From a virus (lineage: Duplodnaviria > Caudoviricetes), in the IMG/VR virus record IMGVR_UViG_3300020160_000250, positions 1-25,527 of that record: a DNA stretch of 25,527 nucleotides, one strand, 5' to 3'. This document shows, piece after piece, positions 15,783-24,124 of the stretch. The notes under the pieces are model-generated. The model was given only the letters and a program-made list of their open reading frames with translations. It was not told the DNA's origin and did no database searches. Every line of letters starts with the position of its first letter. Position 1 is the stretch's first letter. Both the position numbers and the translations under genes were made by a program.

Positions 15783-17324
15783 TTATTCCTCCGTCATCTG
15801 TCTATATAAATCTATGATACGTTTGTGGTTCTCGATATTACCGCGAAGCATATTGTATAAGCGGTCTTCCACCTCGCTGCCTTTGATATGCACGATGGTC
15901 ATAGCGTTATTCTGGCCGGGACGATCAATACGGGCATTGGCTTGGAGGTAGGTCTCGACTGATGTTACGGGAGCATACCAAATGATTGTGTCTGCTGCCG
16001 TAAGTGTAAGCCCGTGTGATGCAGCCTGTGGCTGAATGATAAGCACATGGGGGTCGGGTTGCGTTTGGAACTGGTGAATGATGTCGCTGCGCTTGTTCAC
16101 CGATACCTTACCGTTGATGACGTCGCAGGATACACCAGCCTTTTGCAGTTTGGCGCGTAGCAACTCGATGGTGTGGGTAAACGGCACGAAGACCAGCACC
16201 TTATTGCTGGCTTCCTCGATCACTTCTAACACCACGTTAAGGCGGTTAGACACATCGAACTCTAAGACTTCGCCAGTATCCGTATAGACTGCGCCTCCGC
16301 TAATCTGGAGTAGCTTGTTGATACGGGCCGCAGCGTTCACCGCGCTGACCTCTTCGCCATCGGCTTCGAACAGCATCTGGCTCTTTAGCTTGTTGTAGTA
16401 TTTCTGCTGCTGTGGGGTGAGCGGCGCTTCACGTTCGGTATGAGTCACCGCTGGCAAGTCGAGGCAATCCTTCTTCTCAAACCGTATGGCTGGCTGAAGA
16501 ATACTATGCACCACATCCTGCGAGTGCGGCTTGGGAACCCATTTGAACTGGGTCACCTTCATCATAACCTGTTCGCGGTACTGGCCATAGAACTTAGGGC
16601 AGTTGGGGCCATCAGCTAACTTAGCGAGGCCGTAAGCATCAAGAGGGCTTTGTGCTGCTGGCGTACCTGTAAGCATCCAGATACGCGGATTCAGCGCATT
16701 AACTATTTGCTTAATTGTTTTCCAGCGGTTGGTCTGCGCATTTTTGTATGCGTTTGCTTCGTCGATCACGATGAGGTCGAACCCACCAGCGATGATCTGG
16801 TCCTTCACGATAGCCAGCCCATCGAAGTTAATGATGACGAACTCGGCCCCTGCTTCAATGATCTTCTCACGTTGCTTGGCAGCGCCATGCGCTACGCTGC
16901 ACGAACGGTGCATAGCGAACTTAAACAAATCCTGTTGCCACGCAGACTTCATGATAGAAAGTGGGCATAGCACCAGCACACGTTTGATATCACCGCGCTT
17001 CATGAGGTAGTCCGCAGCCCAGATTACGCTGGCTGTCTTACCTGTACCCTGCTCGTTGAAGCAAAATGCGCGTTTACGGATTGATAAGAAAGAAGCTGTA
17101 ACCTTCTGGTGTTCGAACGGGGTTAGCTTACCTGTCCACTCATAGGACCTAAGCATGGGCGATGGTGTGTCGATGAACCCGAGCCCAGCTAGTATCTCAG
17201 CTTCAGTGTGCCCCCATTTGACAACCACGCCTTCCTTAACGGCAGCGCTCTTGTGTATATGATCCGTGATGACGGACGGGTCCTGAGCGCTGACTAGCAA
17301 CGCCTTGTTGTCAATGATTTCCAC
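15783..17324 (-). CDS. SNF2-family (SF2) helicase/ATPase
   Basis: EQGTGKT, VLCPLS, IIDEAN-like Walker B (LIVIDEAN), LTGTP, HGLTLT and QANARIDRPGQ. GTG start with an AGGAGCAAAC RBS. Confidence 0.92.
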   Translation of the reverse strand: MEIIDNKALLVSAQDPSVITDHIHKSAAVKEGVVVKWGHTEAEILAGLGFIDTPSPMLRSYEWTGKLTPFEHQKVTASFLSIRKRAFCFNEQGTGKTASVIWAADYLMKRGDIKRVLVLCPLSIMKSAWQQDLFKFAMHRSCSVAHGAAKQREKIIEAGAEFVIINFDGLAIVKDQIIAGGFDLIVIDEANAYKNAQTNRWKTIKQIVNALNPRIWMLTGTPAAQSPLDAYGLAKLADGPNCPKFYGQYREQVMMKVTQFKWVPKPHSQDVVHSILQPAIRFEKKDCLDLPAVTHTEREAPLTPQQQKYYNKLKSQMLFEADGEEVSAVNAAARINKLLQISGGAVYTDTGEVLEFDVSNRLNVVLEVIEEASNKVLVFVPFTHTIELLRAKLQKAGVSCDVINGKVSVNKRSDIIHQFQTQPDPHVLIIQPQAASHGLTLTAADTIIWYAPVTSVETYLQANARIDRPGQNNAMTIVHIKGSEVEDRLYNMLRGNIENHKRIIDLYRQMTEE

Positions 17325-17341
17325 AGTTTGCTCCTAGTGGG

Positions 17342-17626
17342 TTATTTCTTTTTACGTTCTCGCGTACTTACTTCCGATACAAGATTGCCCTTGCTGTCCC
17401 GCTTGAACGAGCGGTTAGCAGATTTGCTAACTAGCCGTACGCCATCTTTATTGGTGCCGCCTTTGTCAAATGCTTTTGTATGGGCAACGTCTTTCCCGTC
17501 ACCCTTCTTCGCTTTACCAGCCTTCACCATCTTGGCACGGGCCGCATTGCGCTGCGCTCGGTTCTTTTTCTGCTCTAGCTTGCCTTGGTACTTGTCGTAC
17601 TCAGCGCGGTAGTCTCGTGCCATCAT
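17342..17626 (-). CDS. Small basic HNH-like protein (possibly degenerate)
   Basis: KDVAHTKAFDKGGTN...SANRSF resembles the DVDH-KP---GG-N---NL------NR pattern of phage HNH proteins. Confidence 0.6.
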   Translation of the reverse strand: MMARDYRAEYDKYQGKLEQKKNRAQRNAARAKMVKAGKAKKGDGKDVAHTKAFDKGGTNKDGVRLVSKSANRSFKRDSKGNLVSEVSTRERKKK

Positions 17627-18297
17627 CTTCTCCGTGGCGGCTTGTAGTGTTCGCAGCTTTTAACTGGGCACCATCCGCATAGTGGGCTTGTCTTGGCGTT
17701 CCATATACCATTATCTATGGCAGATTCCAACTGATCTAACTGGTCGTTGAACACATTAAAGTACTGATCCAGCTTCTCTCTTACGTGTACCTTCTTAGGA
17801 AACTCATTGCTTACCACAAAGGCTAACGCTGACTTAATCTTCTGCACCTCTGGGTAGTGCACAAAGATGGCACCCGCCATAAGGTCAAGCTGCTTCATGT
17901 CTGCGTACTTAGCGCTCTTACCTGTCTTGTAGTCAATCATGTAGGCAGTCTTACCGTTCACAATCAGCAAATCGACGATACCACGCCACCATACGTCCTT
18001 AGCAAAGAAGGTGGTAGACTCGTAGCCAGTATCCGTCTTCCTGACACCCAGCCGCAACTCGGTGTGCTTTGTACCTTTCTTAGCAGCCAGTGGCTCCATG
18101 ATGGGTCGCATGTAAGCAAACTTCTCAGGGATGGGTGTGCCATCCTTGATGAACAACTCGGCGGCTTCATGGACTGCGGTCCCATAGTCAGCAGCTTCTC
18201 CCGGAATATCCTTGACGTCCTTCACAATCTTAAGGTGAAAGTACTTCTTCGGACACTGGTCGAAGGTCTTGATGCTACTATAGGACCACGCTGTCAT
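17623..18297 (-). CDS. PD-(D/E)XK nuclease, Cas4/RecB-like exonuclease with four Cys
   Basis: SYSS..FDQCP, GTAVH, GIVDLL, IDYKTGK, QL and C-terminal CGWCP...C. Confidence 0.88.
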   Translation of the reverse strand: MTAWSYSSIKTFDQCPKKYFHLKIVKDVKDIPGEAADYGTAVHEAAELFIKDGTPIPEKFAYMRPIMEPLAAKKGTKHTELRLGVRKTDTGYESTTFFAKDVWWRGIVDLLIVNGKTAYMIDYKTGKSAKYADMKQLDLMAGAIFVHYPEVQKIKSALAFVVSNEFPKKVHVREKLDQYFNVFNDQLDQLESAIDNGIWNAKTSPLCGWCPVKSCEHYKPPRRR

Positions 18298-18298
18298 G

Positions 18299-18811
18299 CT
18301 ATCTAGTTTTCCCTTGGAGACGGTCAGCCACTAACGTAGCATATCCCGCTATATCAATCCAGCTATCTATATGATTTGGGTTACCATTTACAACCCGTGC
18401 AATCTTGCTGGCTATCATATCAAGGGCTTCTATTTGGTCGTCATCTAACTCGCTGTTGTTACATATGCGAATTGCATTTTTTATCTCCTGTGCGCACCCT
18501 GCTACATCTTCAAAGCTACCGTAAGTGGTCGCACGTTCGTTAAGGATTGTGTCTACAGCATTATCAGCCTCTGCCTCTGCCCTCCAGTCTTCGATCATCT
18601 CTTTGACCTTGTTGGTGTGCTCTGCGGCAGTCTGTCGCACCGTTTCCACCACTTCTTCCGCCCCTTCGGCTAACTTCTTCTTTAGCATGTAGATGTAACT
18701 TCCGCTAACCCCCAACACCTCGTTAATAAATGCAACGGATTCCCCCGCTTTCAGCATCTTTGTAACTGCTTCTGCTTTAGTCATTTTCAAATTTATCGGT
18801 ACTCTAGTCAT
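18299..18811 (-). CDS. N-terminal HTH fused to a DUF6378-like domain
   Basis: N-terminal GESVAFINEVLGVSGSYIY (HTH-like). C-terminal ILNERATTYGSF...KIAR..NG...DSWIDIAGYA, the pattern of the phage DUF6378 family. Confidence 0.75.
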   Translation of the reverse strand: MTRVPINLKMTKAEAVTKMLKAGESVAFINEVLGVSGSYIYMLKKKLAEGAEEVVETVRQTAAEHTNKVKEMIEDWRAEAEADNAVDTILNERATTYGSFEDVAGCAQEIKNAIRICNNSELDDDQIEALDMIASKIARVVNGNPNHIDSWIDIAGYATLVADRLQGKTR

Positions 18812-18823
18812 TTCATTTGCTCC

Positions 18824-19582
18824 TTATTTAAGATTGCCGCCGCTCTGCAAGAGGTCACCACCAAACACATACGTGCCTACATGATGTAACTTGATGAACG
18901 GGTGGGCGTGTATTTTGCCACCGTGGTTGCGCCACAGTTCACAAAAATGGTAATCTTCGCTTAGCAACGCACCGCTGTCGTCGATGCTGGTAGCGAAAAA
19001 CTCGTGGGTTAATGGCTTCTGGTACTCACCTGTCTCTGGGTCTTTGAACGACGACACACGATAGGTTGGCACGTGCGGTATCAACTCCTCGAATACCCCC
19101 CGCTTGATGAGCATGAAGCCTGTGCCGCCATGTCGCACTTCGATGCAACCTGTCTCGTCGGACTCTGCATTACCTGTACCAATCATGTTAAACACAAAGG
19201 CTCCGGCATGGTTCTCAAGATCAGTCTTCCCCGCAAGGGCGGCGCGGTTGACGCTATCCCAGTTCACTTCCTTCTTCGGGTAGATACCGCATACGATATC
19301 CTTATCGGCCAGCATCAGGTGCGCAACAGCCTCTTGATCGAAGCCGATGTCAGCGTCGATGAACATCAGGTAGTCGTGGTCACTCTCAAGGAATATCCGT
19401 GCCAGTTCGTTCCGTGCCCGTGTGATAAGGCTCTCGTTCATAATCTGGCACCATGCCACGTTGACCCCGACCTCGCGCATCTTAGCTATCGTAAAGAGCA
19501 AGCCCTGTACGTAGTTACCTGTGCACATGCCCCCATACATGGGGGTGGCAATCATAAGGCTTGGGCGTTTTTCTTCAGTCAT
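18824..19582 (-). CDS. GT-A fold glycosyltransferase-like protein
   Basis: IATPMY, ITRARN, DxD motif in FIDADIGF, GTGFMLIKR and LSEDYHFC. Confidence 0.82.
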   Translation of the reverse strand: MTEEKRPSLMIATPMYGGMCTGNYVQGLLFTIAKMREVGVNVAWCQIMNESLITRARNELARIFLESDHDYLMFIDADIGFDQEAVAHLMLADKDIVCGIYPKKEVNWDSVNRAALAGKTDLENHAGAFVFNMIGTGNAESDETGCIEVRHGGTGFMLIKRGVFEELIPHVPTYRVSSFKDPETGEYQKPLTHEFFATSIDDSGALLSEDYHFCELWRNHGGKIHAHPFIKLHHVGTYVFGGDLLQSGGNLK

Positions 19583-19733
19583 TTGCTTTCGCTTTCTTTA
19601 GTTTTCTATAACGGCATTCCACGGAAGCAATCGTAAGCCCCATTTGTTCTGCCATATATGCTGGCCTTAGACCGTGCTCGTAATATTCCAGCAACTGTGC
19701 GTCTTTCTCAGGTGTCCATACTCGTTTAGACAC
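19575..19733 (-). CDS. Small GcrA/Myb-like HTH protein (52 aa; absent from the ORF track)
   Basis: Translated by hand: MSKRVWTPEKDAQLLEYYEHGLRPAYMAEQMGLTIASVECRYRKLKKAKAND. The GTG start overlaps the upstream TAG and the stop overlaps the next gene start. Confidence 0.75.
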   Translation of the reverse strand: MSKRVWTPEKDAQLLEYYEHGLRPAYMAEQMGLTIASVECRYRKLKKAKAND

Positions 19734-19915
19734 TACTTACCGCCTTTGAAACGGCCACGGCTGTCGCGGTCAGTGAGTTTGTGCAGTTCAGCATTAAGTC
19801 GCTCGTTCTCACGCTTGATGCCTTCGGCGGATGCAAAGTTGCGTATCAACGCCACCAAATATCCAAGTACGAACAGTCCGATAAAAATAAAAATCAATAG
19901 CCAATCCATAATCAT
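19733..19915 (-). CDS. Small membrane-anchored protein (TM helix + coiled coil + RDxxGRF tail)
   Basis: Hydrophobic WLLIFIFIGLFVLGYLVAL, then a heptad-like segment and RDSRGRF. AAGGAG SD upstream. Confidence 0.7.
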   Translation of the reverse strand: MIMDWLLIFIFIGLFVLGYLVALIRNFASAEGIKRENERLNAELHKLTDRDSRGRFKGGK

Positions 19916-20520
19916 TCTCCTTTCTTACGTACAATTAACTGGTACCCAATGTGCACAATCTCCACTTCCTCTGCGAACAGGTTAATGAAGGCGTCGATGG
20001 CTGCTTTAGGGCGGTGCAGGATATCCCGTGCGTTCGGTGTCCATAGATAATCGTCGAATACCATCAGCCCCTTGGGCTTGAGTAGTGGCCAAGCCATACA
20101 CGCATCGGTCAGCACATCCTTAGCGATGTGGCTTCCGTCGATGTAGATGAAGTCGAAGCTATGCCCAGACGGGTGGCTCTGGAGTTCTGCCAACTTCTTA
20201 GTTGAGGTGCCCTTAAGTTGGAAGATACGGCGGCGCGGCAGCTTTTTTGTAGCTACAATTAAGTTGTGCCGGAAACGATCCTCGACTCCACCCATATCCT
20301 CTTCGCCATGCTCTTCGCCACCTTCCCATGTGTCGATGCAGCGCAGTTCGTCGCCTTCGGTCATCATGTTCTCGGCAATCCAGATGCTGCTGCGTCCTTC
20401 AAAAGAACCGATCTCAAGGAATTGTCGGTTCGTTGCTGTACCTGACAACATAAGGGTAAGCTGGTTCCAGATTTCCGGTGCCCAGTTGAACCAATCTTTT
20501 GTAAATTGATACTCGGTCAT
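19912..20520 (-). CDS. Class I SAM-dependent methyltransferase (Methyltransf_24-like)
   Basis: LEIGSFEGRS, CIDTW, FDFIYIDGSH and LKPKGLMVFDDY. Start placed at ATG 20520 (TAATG overlap). Confidence 0.88.
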   Translation of the reverse strand: MTEYQFTKDWFNWAPEIWNQLTLMLSGTATNRQFLEIGSFEGRSSIWIAENMMTEGDELRCIDTWEGGEEHGEEDMGGVEDRFRHNLIVATKKLPRRRIFQLKGTSTKKLAELQSHPSGHSFDFIYIDGSHIAKDVLTDACMAWPLLKPKGLMVFDDYLWTPNARDILHRPKAAIDAFINLFAEEVEIVHIGYQLIVRKKGE

Positions 20521-20747
20521 TAGTCTTCCTTCCATCCATCAAGTATTTCATCAAGGCTTTCGTTCGGCTCTGGCTCTGGCCCCACCTTGGCTTTGTACTT
20601 AGCGCACCAGTCATCCGGCCTCACAATGGGAAACATACGCCTATTGTTTTTGTAGTCTGGTGAAGGTGGTTTTATCCTACACTCTAACCCACGGTATTCT
20701 TCGTCGGAATATGTGCACATCCAACACGCTGGTCCAGTATCATCCAT
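20520..20747 (-). CDS. Small Cys-rich hypothetical protein
   Basis: CWMC...C...P...WC pattern; coupled to neighbours; GAGGAAGGA SD-like sequence upstream. Confidence 0.65.
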   Translation of the reverse strand: MDDTGPACWMCTYSDEEYRGLECRIKPPSPDYKNNRRMFPIVRPDDWCAKYKAKVGPEPEPNESLDEILDGWKED

Positions 20748-21324
20748 AACTTATTCCTTCCTCGTTTAGGTCTTTCAATAGTTTAGCATTGCTGGGGTGC
20801 CTTAGTTTCCGCAGTGCTTTTGCTTCGATCTGGCGTATACGTTCCCTATGTACGCCGTGATGAATAGCTACTTCATCAAGGGTTTCCTCCTCAAAAAACC
20901 TGCGGTGTATAATATCCTGCTGTCGAGGGGTTAGTACCTGTAGCGTTTTGGCTACCCTCTCTGAAGTAAGTACTTTCTGTACCATCTGTTCAGTGCCATT
21001 ACCGGAAGCAAGCTGTGCAACGGCGTCTTCACTCATGCTAACTTCGCGTGAGTTGCGCCCGAGCGCCATCCCCCGTTGCTTCTCAGTCCACAACTCTTCC
21101 GGCTCCGTCTGTAGCGCCGAGGACAAGGCAAAGGCGCAATCAAGCCACTCCCCAGTGTGAGCACTTACAGGGCGCTTTTTAAGTCCGATAAGCGTACCCA
21201 CTATTTGGGGGCCTAACCCCGACTGCTTGGCCAGTTCCGCTTGGCTTTTAATACCAAGCTTCTTCATCCGGCGTAGTATCAGGTTGTTACGCACGGTTAC
21301 CTTAACTGCATATTCATCCGCCAT
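20740..21324 (-). CDS. HTH + sigma70 region 4 fusion protein (no sigma region 2)
   Basis: N-terminal XRE-like SQAELAKQSGLG...LSSALQTEPEELW. C-terminal LTPRQQDII...TLDEVA...RERIRQIEAKALRKLRHPS corresponds to RpoD region 4. Confidence 0.85.
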   Translation of the reverse strand: MADEYAVKVTVRNNLILRRMKKLGIKSQAELAKQSGLGPQIVGTLIGLKKRPVSAHTGEWLDCAFALSSALQTEPEELWTEKQRGMALGRNSREVSMSEDAVAQLASGNGTEQMVQKVLTSERVAKTLQVLTPRQQDIIHRRFFEEETLDEVAIHHGVHRERIRQIEAKALRKLRHPSNAKLLKDLNEEGISYG

Positions 21325-23137
21325 AGCTTGCTCCTATTTTGCTTTCACAATTCAACGGTAGCGTTGGTGCCCACTTGGGGCGCATGCGCATGCATGCTTC
21401 CACAAACGCACGAGCCTTGTCGGCTTCCTCAGTAGGGGCAATCACCCCTATCGCGTCATGCACGGTCATCACCACGCGGTAGCGCCGTGCGATCATCAGC
21501 ATCTGTTCACCTATTATAATACGTGCAAGGGCTTGGCATACGTTCTCTACTAGCTTCCCACCGTATATACGGGAGAGCAACACGGACTTGCCCTTCTTCT
21601 GGTCGTAGACCATCTCAGCTTTCTGCCCCTCTTCTGCTTTTAAGCGGCGCACGTTGTCGTACTTAACGAACAGGCCATTGGGTAACTCAATGCCATCCTT
21701 ACCGTGGACTACCAGCACATCGTTATGGCCCAAGGTGGTGTGTGTACCTAAAGATATAGAGTCCAGCACATCGTTCGCGTCATCCCACAGGTCGGGTATC
21801 TTTGGGTAGGTCTCACGATACACTCGGATAATACGCCTACACTCGGCCATTTCCATATCGACGCCGAAGGTCTTTAGCTGCGCCTTAAACTTGGCAGCAC
21901 CCATCCCGTAACCACAGCCAAGGATGGTAGTCTTCCCCACAAAGCGTTGGTCATCCGTCACCTCCTCGACAGGCACAGTATAGATAGAGCTTGCCATAAT
22001 CTTGTAGACATCCTCGCCTCGGTCAAACGCAGCAATAAGGTCATCTTGCCCAGCCAGCCACGCTAAGGTTCGCGCTTCGATCTGGCTGCTATCGCAGTCG
22101 ATGAACGTGTAGCCCTCTGGGGCCAACATCGCCTTTTTCAGTGGTGACTTGCGCGGTAGGTTCTGGAGGTTGACCTTATCGTCCCCTCCCCATCGCCCAG
22201 TATGTGCAGCATAGTAACGTAGCGGCACAGGTAATGTGCCTCGCTCTGCGATCTTAATGAACCGTTCGGTGCGTGTCTCTTCCAGCGTAGACTTAACGCC
22301 CAGCCGCGCAGCCGCTACCGCTTGCACTCGCGGGTCGGGATGCTCAAGTAATGCCTTGAACCCCTCGTCACTCTTGGCGAAGGCGAATGCTTCCTTGCCT
22401 GTCTTGGCGCTCACCTTCACAGGTGGGACGACACCCATGGCGCTCAGTAAGCAAGCCAGCTTAGGGTTGGACATCAGCGCGTCCTTATCTACCACGATAG
22501 CATCCATGAGTTTGGCTTTTTTGCTCCTCACATTAGACACGTGGTTTGTGAGGACTTGTTTGTCTAAAACTAGCACTGGCTCGGTGAACATGCGTATCGT
22601 CAGGTCGATCAACCGAAACTCAACCGCTGGGAAACCCACAGCTATGCGTTGGAACAGGTCATAGGTCAGGTCCGCATCGTTGATACAGTATGTGCCATAT
22701 CGGGACATCTCTTTTGGCGTGAAGTCCAGTCGCCGTTTACCTAGCGCATTGATTACCTCTGTGCCTTTGACACCTAGTTTATACCGCTCGGCTGCTTTGG
22801 CTAAACTGTTACCAGCGTCAGGCCCGTCGATAGCTCGTAGCATAGAGAGCGTGTCCACAATCCGCTTGGGTCTAATATCGAAGTGCCAGTTCAAGATAGC
22901 CATATCGAAGACAGCGTTGTGCGCCACAGCGATAGCGTTGTCCCAGTCGAACTGATCCAGCCACCGTTTGGTTTGCGCCTTCGGGCCGGAGAAAAACTTA
23001 GCTTCCCCGGCGTCCACCTTTACTGCTACGCCAGTAACCTCAAACTCGGAGTCCCGGATATACTCCTCCGTTGTCATCTTAGAGAGACTAAACTTCTGGC
23101 TATAGAACGTCTCGAAGTCGATGGTTAGGATTTGCAT
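21314..23137 (-). CDS. polA: DNA polymerase family A with 3'-5' exonuclease (Leu762 type)
   Basis: Exo motifs DFET, HNAVFD and YCINDA. Polymerase motifs HTGRW, NLQNLP, DSSQIEAR (A), RFVGKTTILGCGYG (B) and TVHDA (C). Start placed at ATG 23137 (TAATG overlap). Confidence 0.93.
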   Translation of the reverse strand: MQILTIDFETFYSQKFSLSKMTTEEYIRDSEFEVTGVAVKVDAGEAKFFSGPKAQTKRWLDQFDWDNAIAVAHNAVFDMAILNWHFDIRPKRIVDTLSMLRAIDGPDAGNSLAKAAERYKLGVKGTEVINALGKRRLDFTPKEMSRYGTYCINDADLTYDLFQRIAVGFPAVEFRLIDLTIRMFTEPVLVLDKQVLTNHVSNVRSKKAKLMDAIVVDKDALMSNPKLACLLSAMGVVPPVKVSAKTGKEAFAFAKSDEGFKALLEHPDPRVQAVAAARLGVKSTLEETRTERFIKIAERGTLPVPLRYYAAHTGRWGGDDKVNLQNLPRKSPLKKAMLAPEGYTFIDCDSSQIEARTLAWLAGQDDLIAAFDRGEDVYKIMASSIYTVPVEEVTDDQRFVGKTTILGCGYGMGAAKFKAQLKTFGVDMEMAECRRIIRVYRETYPKIPDLWDDANDVLDSISLGTHTTLGHNDVLVVHGKDGIELPNGLFVKYDNVRRLKAEEGQKAEMVYDQKKGKSVLLSRIYGGKLVENVCQALARIIIGEQMLMIARRYRVVMTVHDAIGVIAPTEEADKARAFVEACMRMRPKWAPTLPLNCESKIGASYGG

Positions 23138-23265
23138 TAGCCCCACCAATCCTCTTCCATTTCTTTGCGCTCTTGCTCGGTTATCTTCGGTGCGGTTGCA
23201 ATCAGGTAGGCGGCAAGGATTATTACCCCCATGACCAATACGAAAAGCCAGTTATCTGCGGTCAT
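23137..23265 (-). CDS. Small single-pass membrane protein (42 aa; absent from the ORF track)
   Basis: Translated by hand: MTADNWLFVLVMGVIILAAYLIATAPKITEQERKEMEEDWWG. ATGA and TAATG overlaps at the two ends exactly fill the gap. Confidence 0.72.
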   Translation of the reverse strand: MTADNWLFVLVMGVIILAAYLIATAPKITEQERKEMEEDWWG

Positions 23266-23471
23266 TGGCTCATCGCCTCTTCCACAGTCATCTTGGGGTG
23301 GCGATCACTTGGCTTAATCTCGATGCTCTCGATGGAGTAGAAGCTAGGTCCGCACTCCACGATGTCTTGAAGCTCAAAAAGCTCCTCGACGTTAATTGTG
23401 GTGCTGCGCGGCCCATCTCCGTGGTGATAGGTCAGCGTTACCGTCCAGCGTGGTTCATTTGTAATAATCAT
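23262..23471 (-). CDS. Hypothetical protein (69 aa)
   Basis: ATGA coupling and a GGGAGCAAA RBS. Confidence 0.65.
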   Translation of the reverse strand: MIITNEPRWTVTLTYHHGDGPRSTTINVEELFELQDIVECGPSFYSIESIEIKPSDRHPKMTVEEAMSQ

Positions 23472-23788
23472 CTGCTTTGCTCCCTCAGTCTGCGTTTCCT
23501 ATTCTCAAAAAACTTAAGCAGTGCCTTGAGTAGTGCAGCCGAGCCTTCCTTGGCGTTCTTATTCCACTTGCGTTCGGAGTCGCTGTTCAGTCCCGTAGAG
23601 TTAGCGTTAGGCTTCGCGGTTGTTGCATGTTCTACCTCTGGTCGCACCACTTCGACCTTCCTCTTTGTGCCCTTCTTTATCTTATCGCGCAGGGCGATAA
23701 CACGTTTCACATCCACACCATGATAAGTCGCGATATACTTATTGTCGGTTATGTAGCTCATTGTCTTGAGGATATCTTGGTCGGTCAT
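23468..23788 (-). CDS. Hypothetical basic protein (106 aa)
   Basis: AGGAG SD and ATGA overlap with the VRR-NUC gene. Confidence 0.65.
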   Translation of the reverse strand: MTDQDILKTMSYITDNKYIATYHGVDVKRVIALRDKIKKGTKRKVEVVRPEVEHATTAKPNANSTGLNSDSERKWNKNAKEGSAALLKALLKFFENRKRRLREQSR

Positions 23789-24102
23789 GCCGCTTCTCCT
23801 ATGACAGTAGTCTTAAGTTTCCGCACCATATCGCGCACCATGTCCCAGTTCTCCTCGTTCACCACCACAGCCACGCCGTTGTTGCGCCGGATAGCTTCAA
23901 TCTCACTGATCTGTAGTGCGGTAGGTTTGTTTGTCCCAGCCTTGCACTCAATGGCAAAGAAGTGTCCGTTTACACAGGCTATAATATCAGGGACGCCGCT
24001 GCGTCCGTAGCCGTGGGTTGCTGGGAAGAAATAGTAGACGCTCTCTTCTTTGAGAATGCGAACGACTTTCTCCTTCACCCGCTTTTCAGGGGTAGATGCC
24101 AT
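23785..24102 (-). CDS. VRR-NUC domain nuclease (putative Holliday junction resolvase)
   Basis: TPEKRVK, GVPDII, AIECKA and PTALQ motifs. Confidence 0.88.
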   Translation of the reverse strand: MASTPEKRVKEKVVRILKEESVYYFFPATHGYGRSGVPDIIACVNGHFFAIECKAGTNKPTALQISEIEAIRRNNGVAVVVNEENWDMVRDMVRKLKTTVIGEAA

Positions 24103-24124
24103 GTTGTTTGCTCCTTGTTTATGT

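Noticed and set aside
17623-18297. Cas4-like nuclease as evidence of a CRISPR system
   Set aside because: No repeat-spacer array or other cas genes were seen; solo Cas4-like exonucleases are common in phage replication modules.
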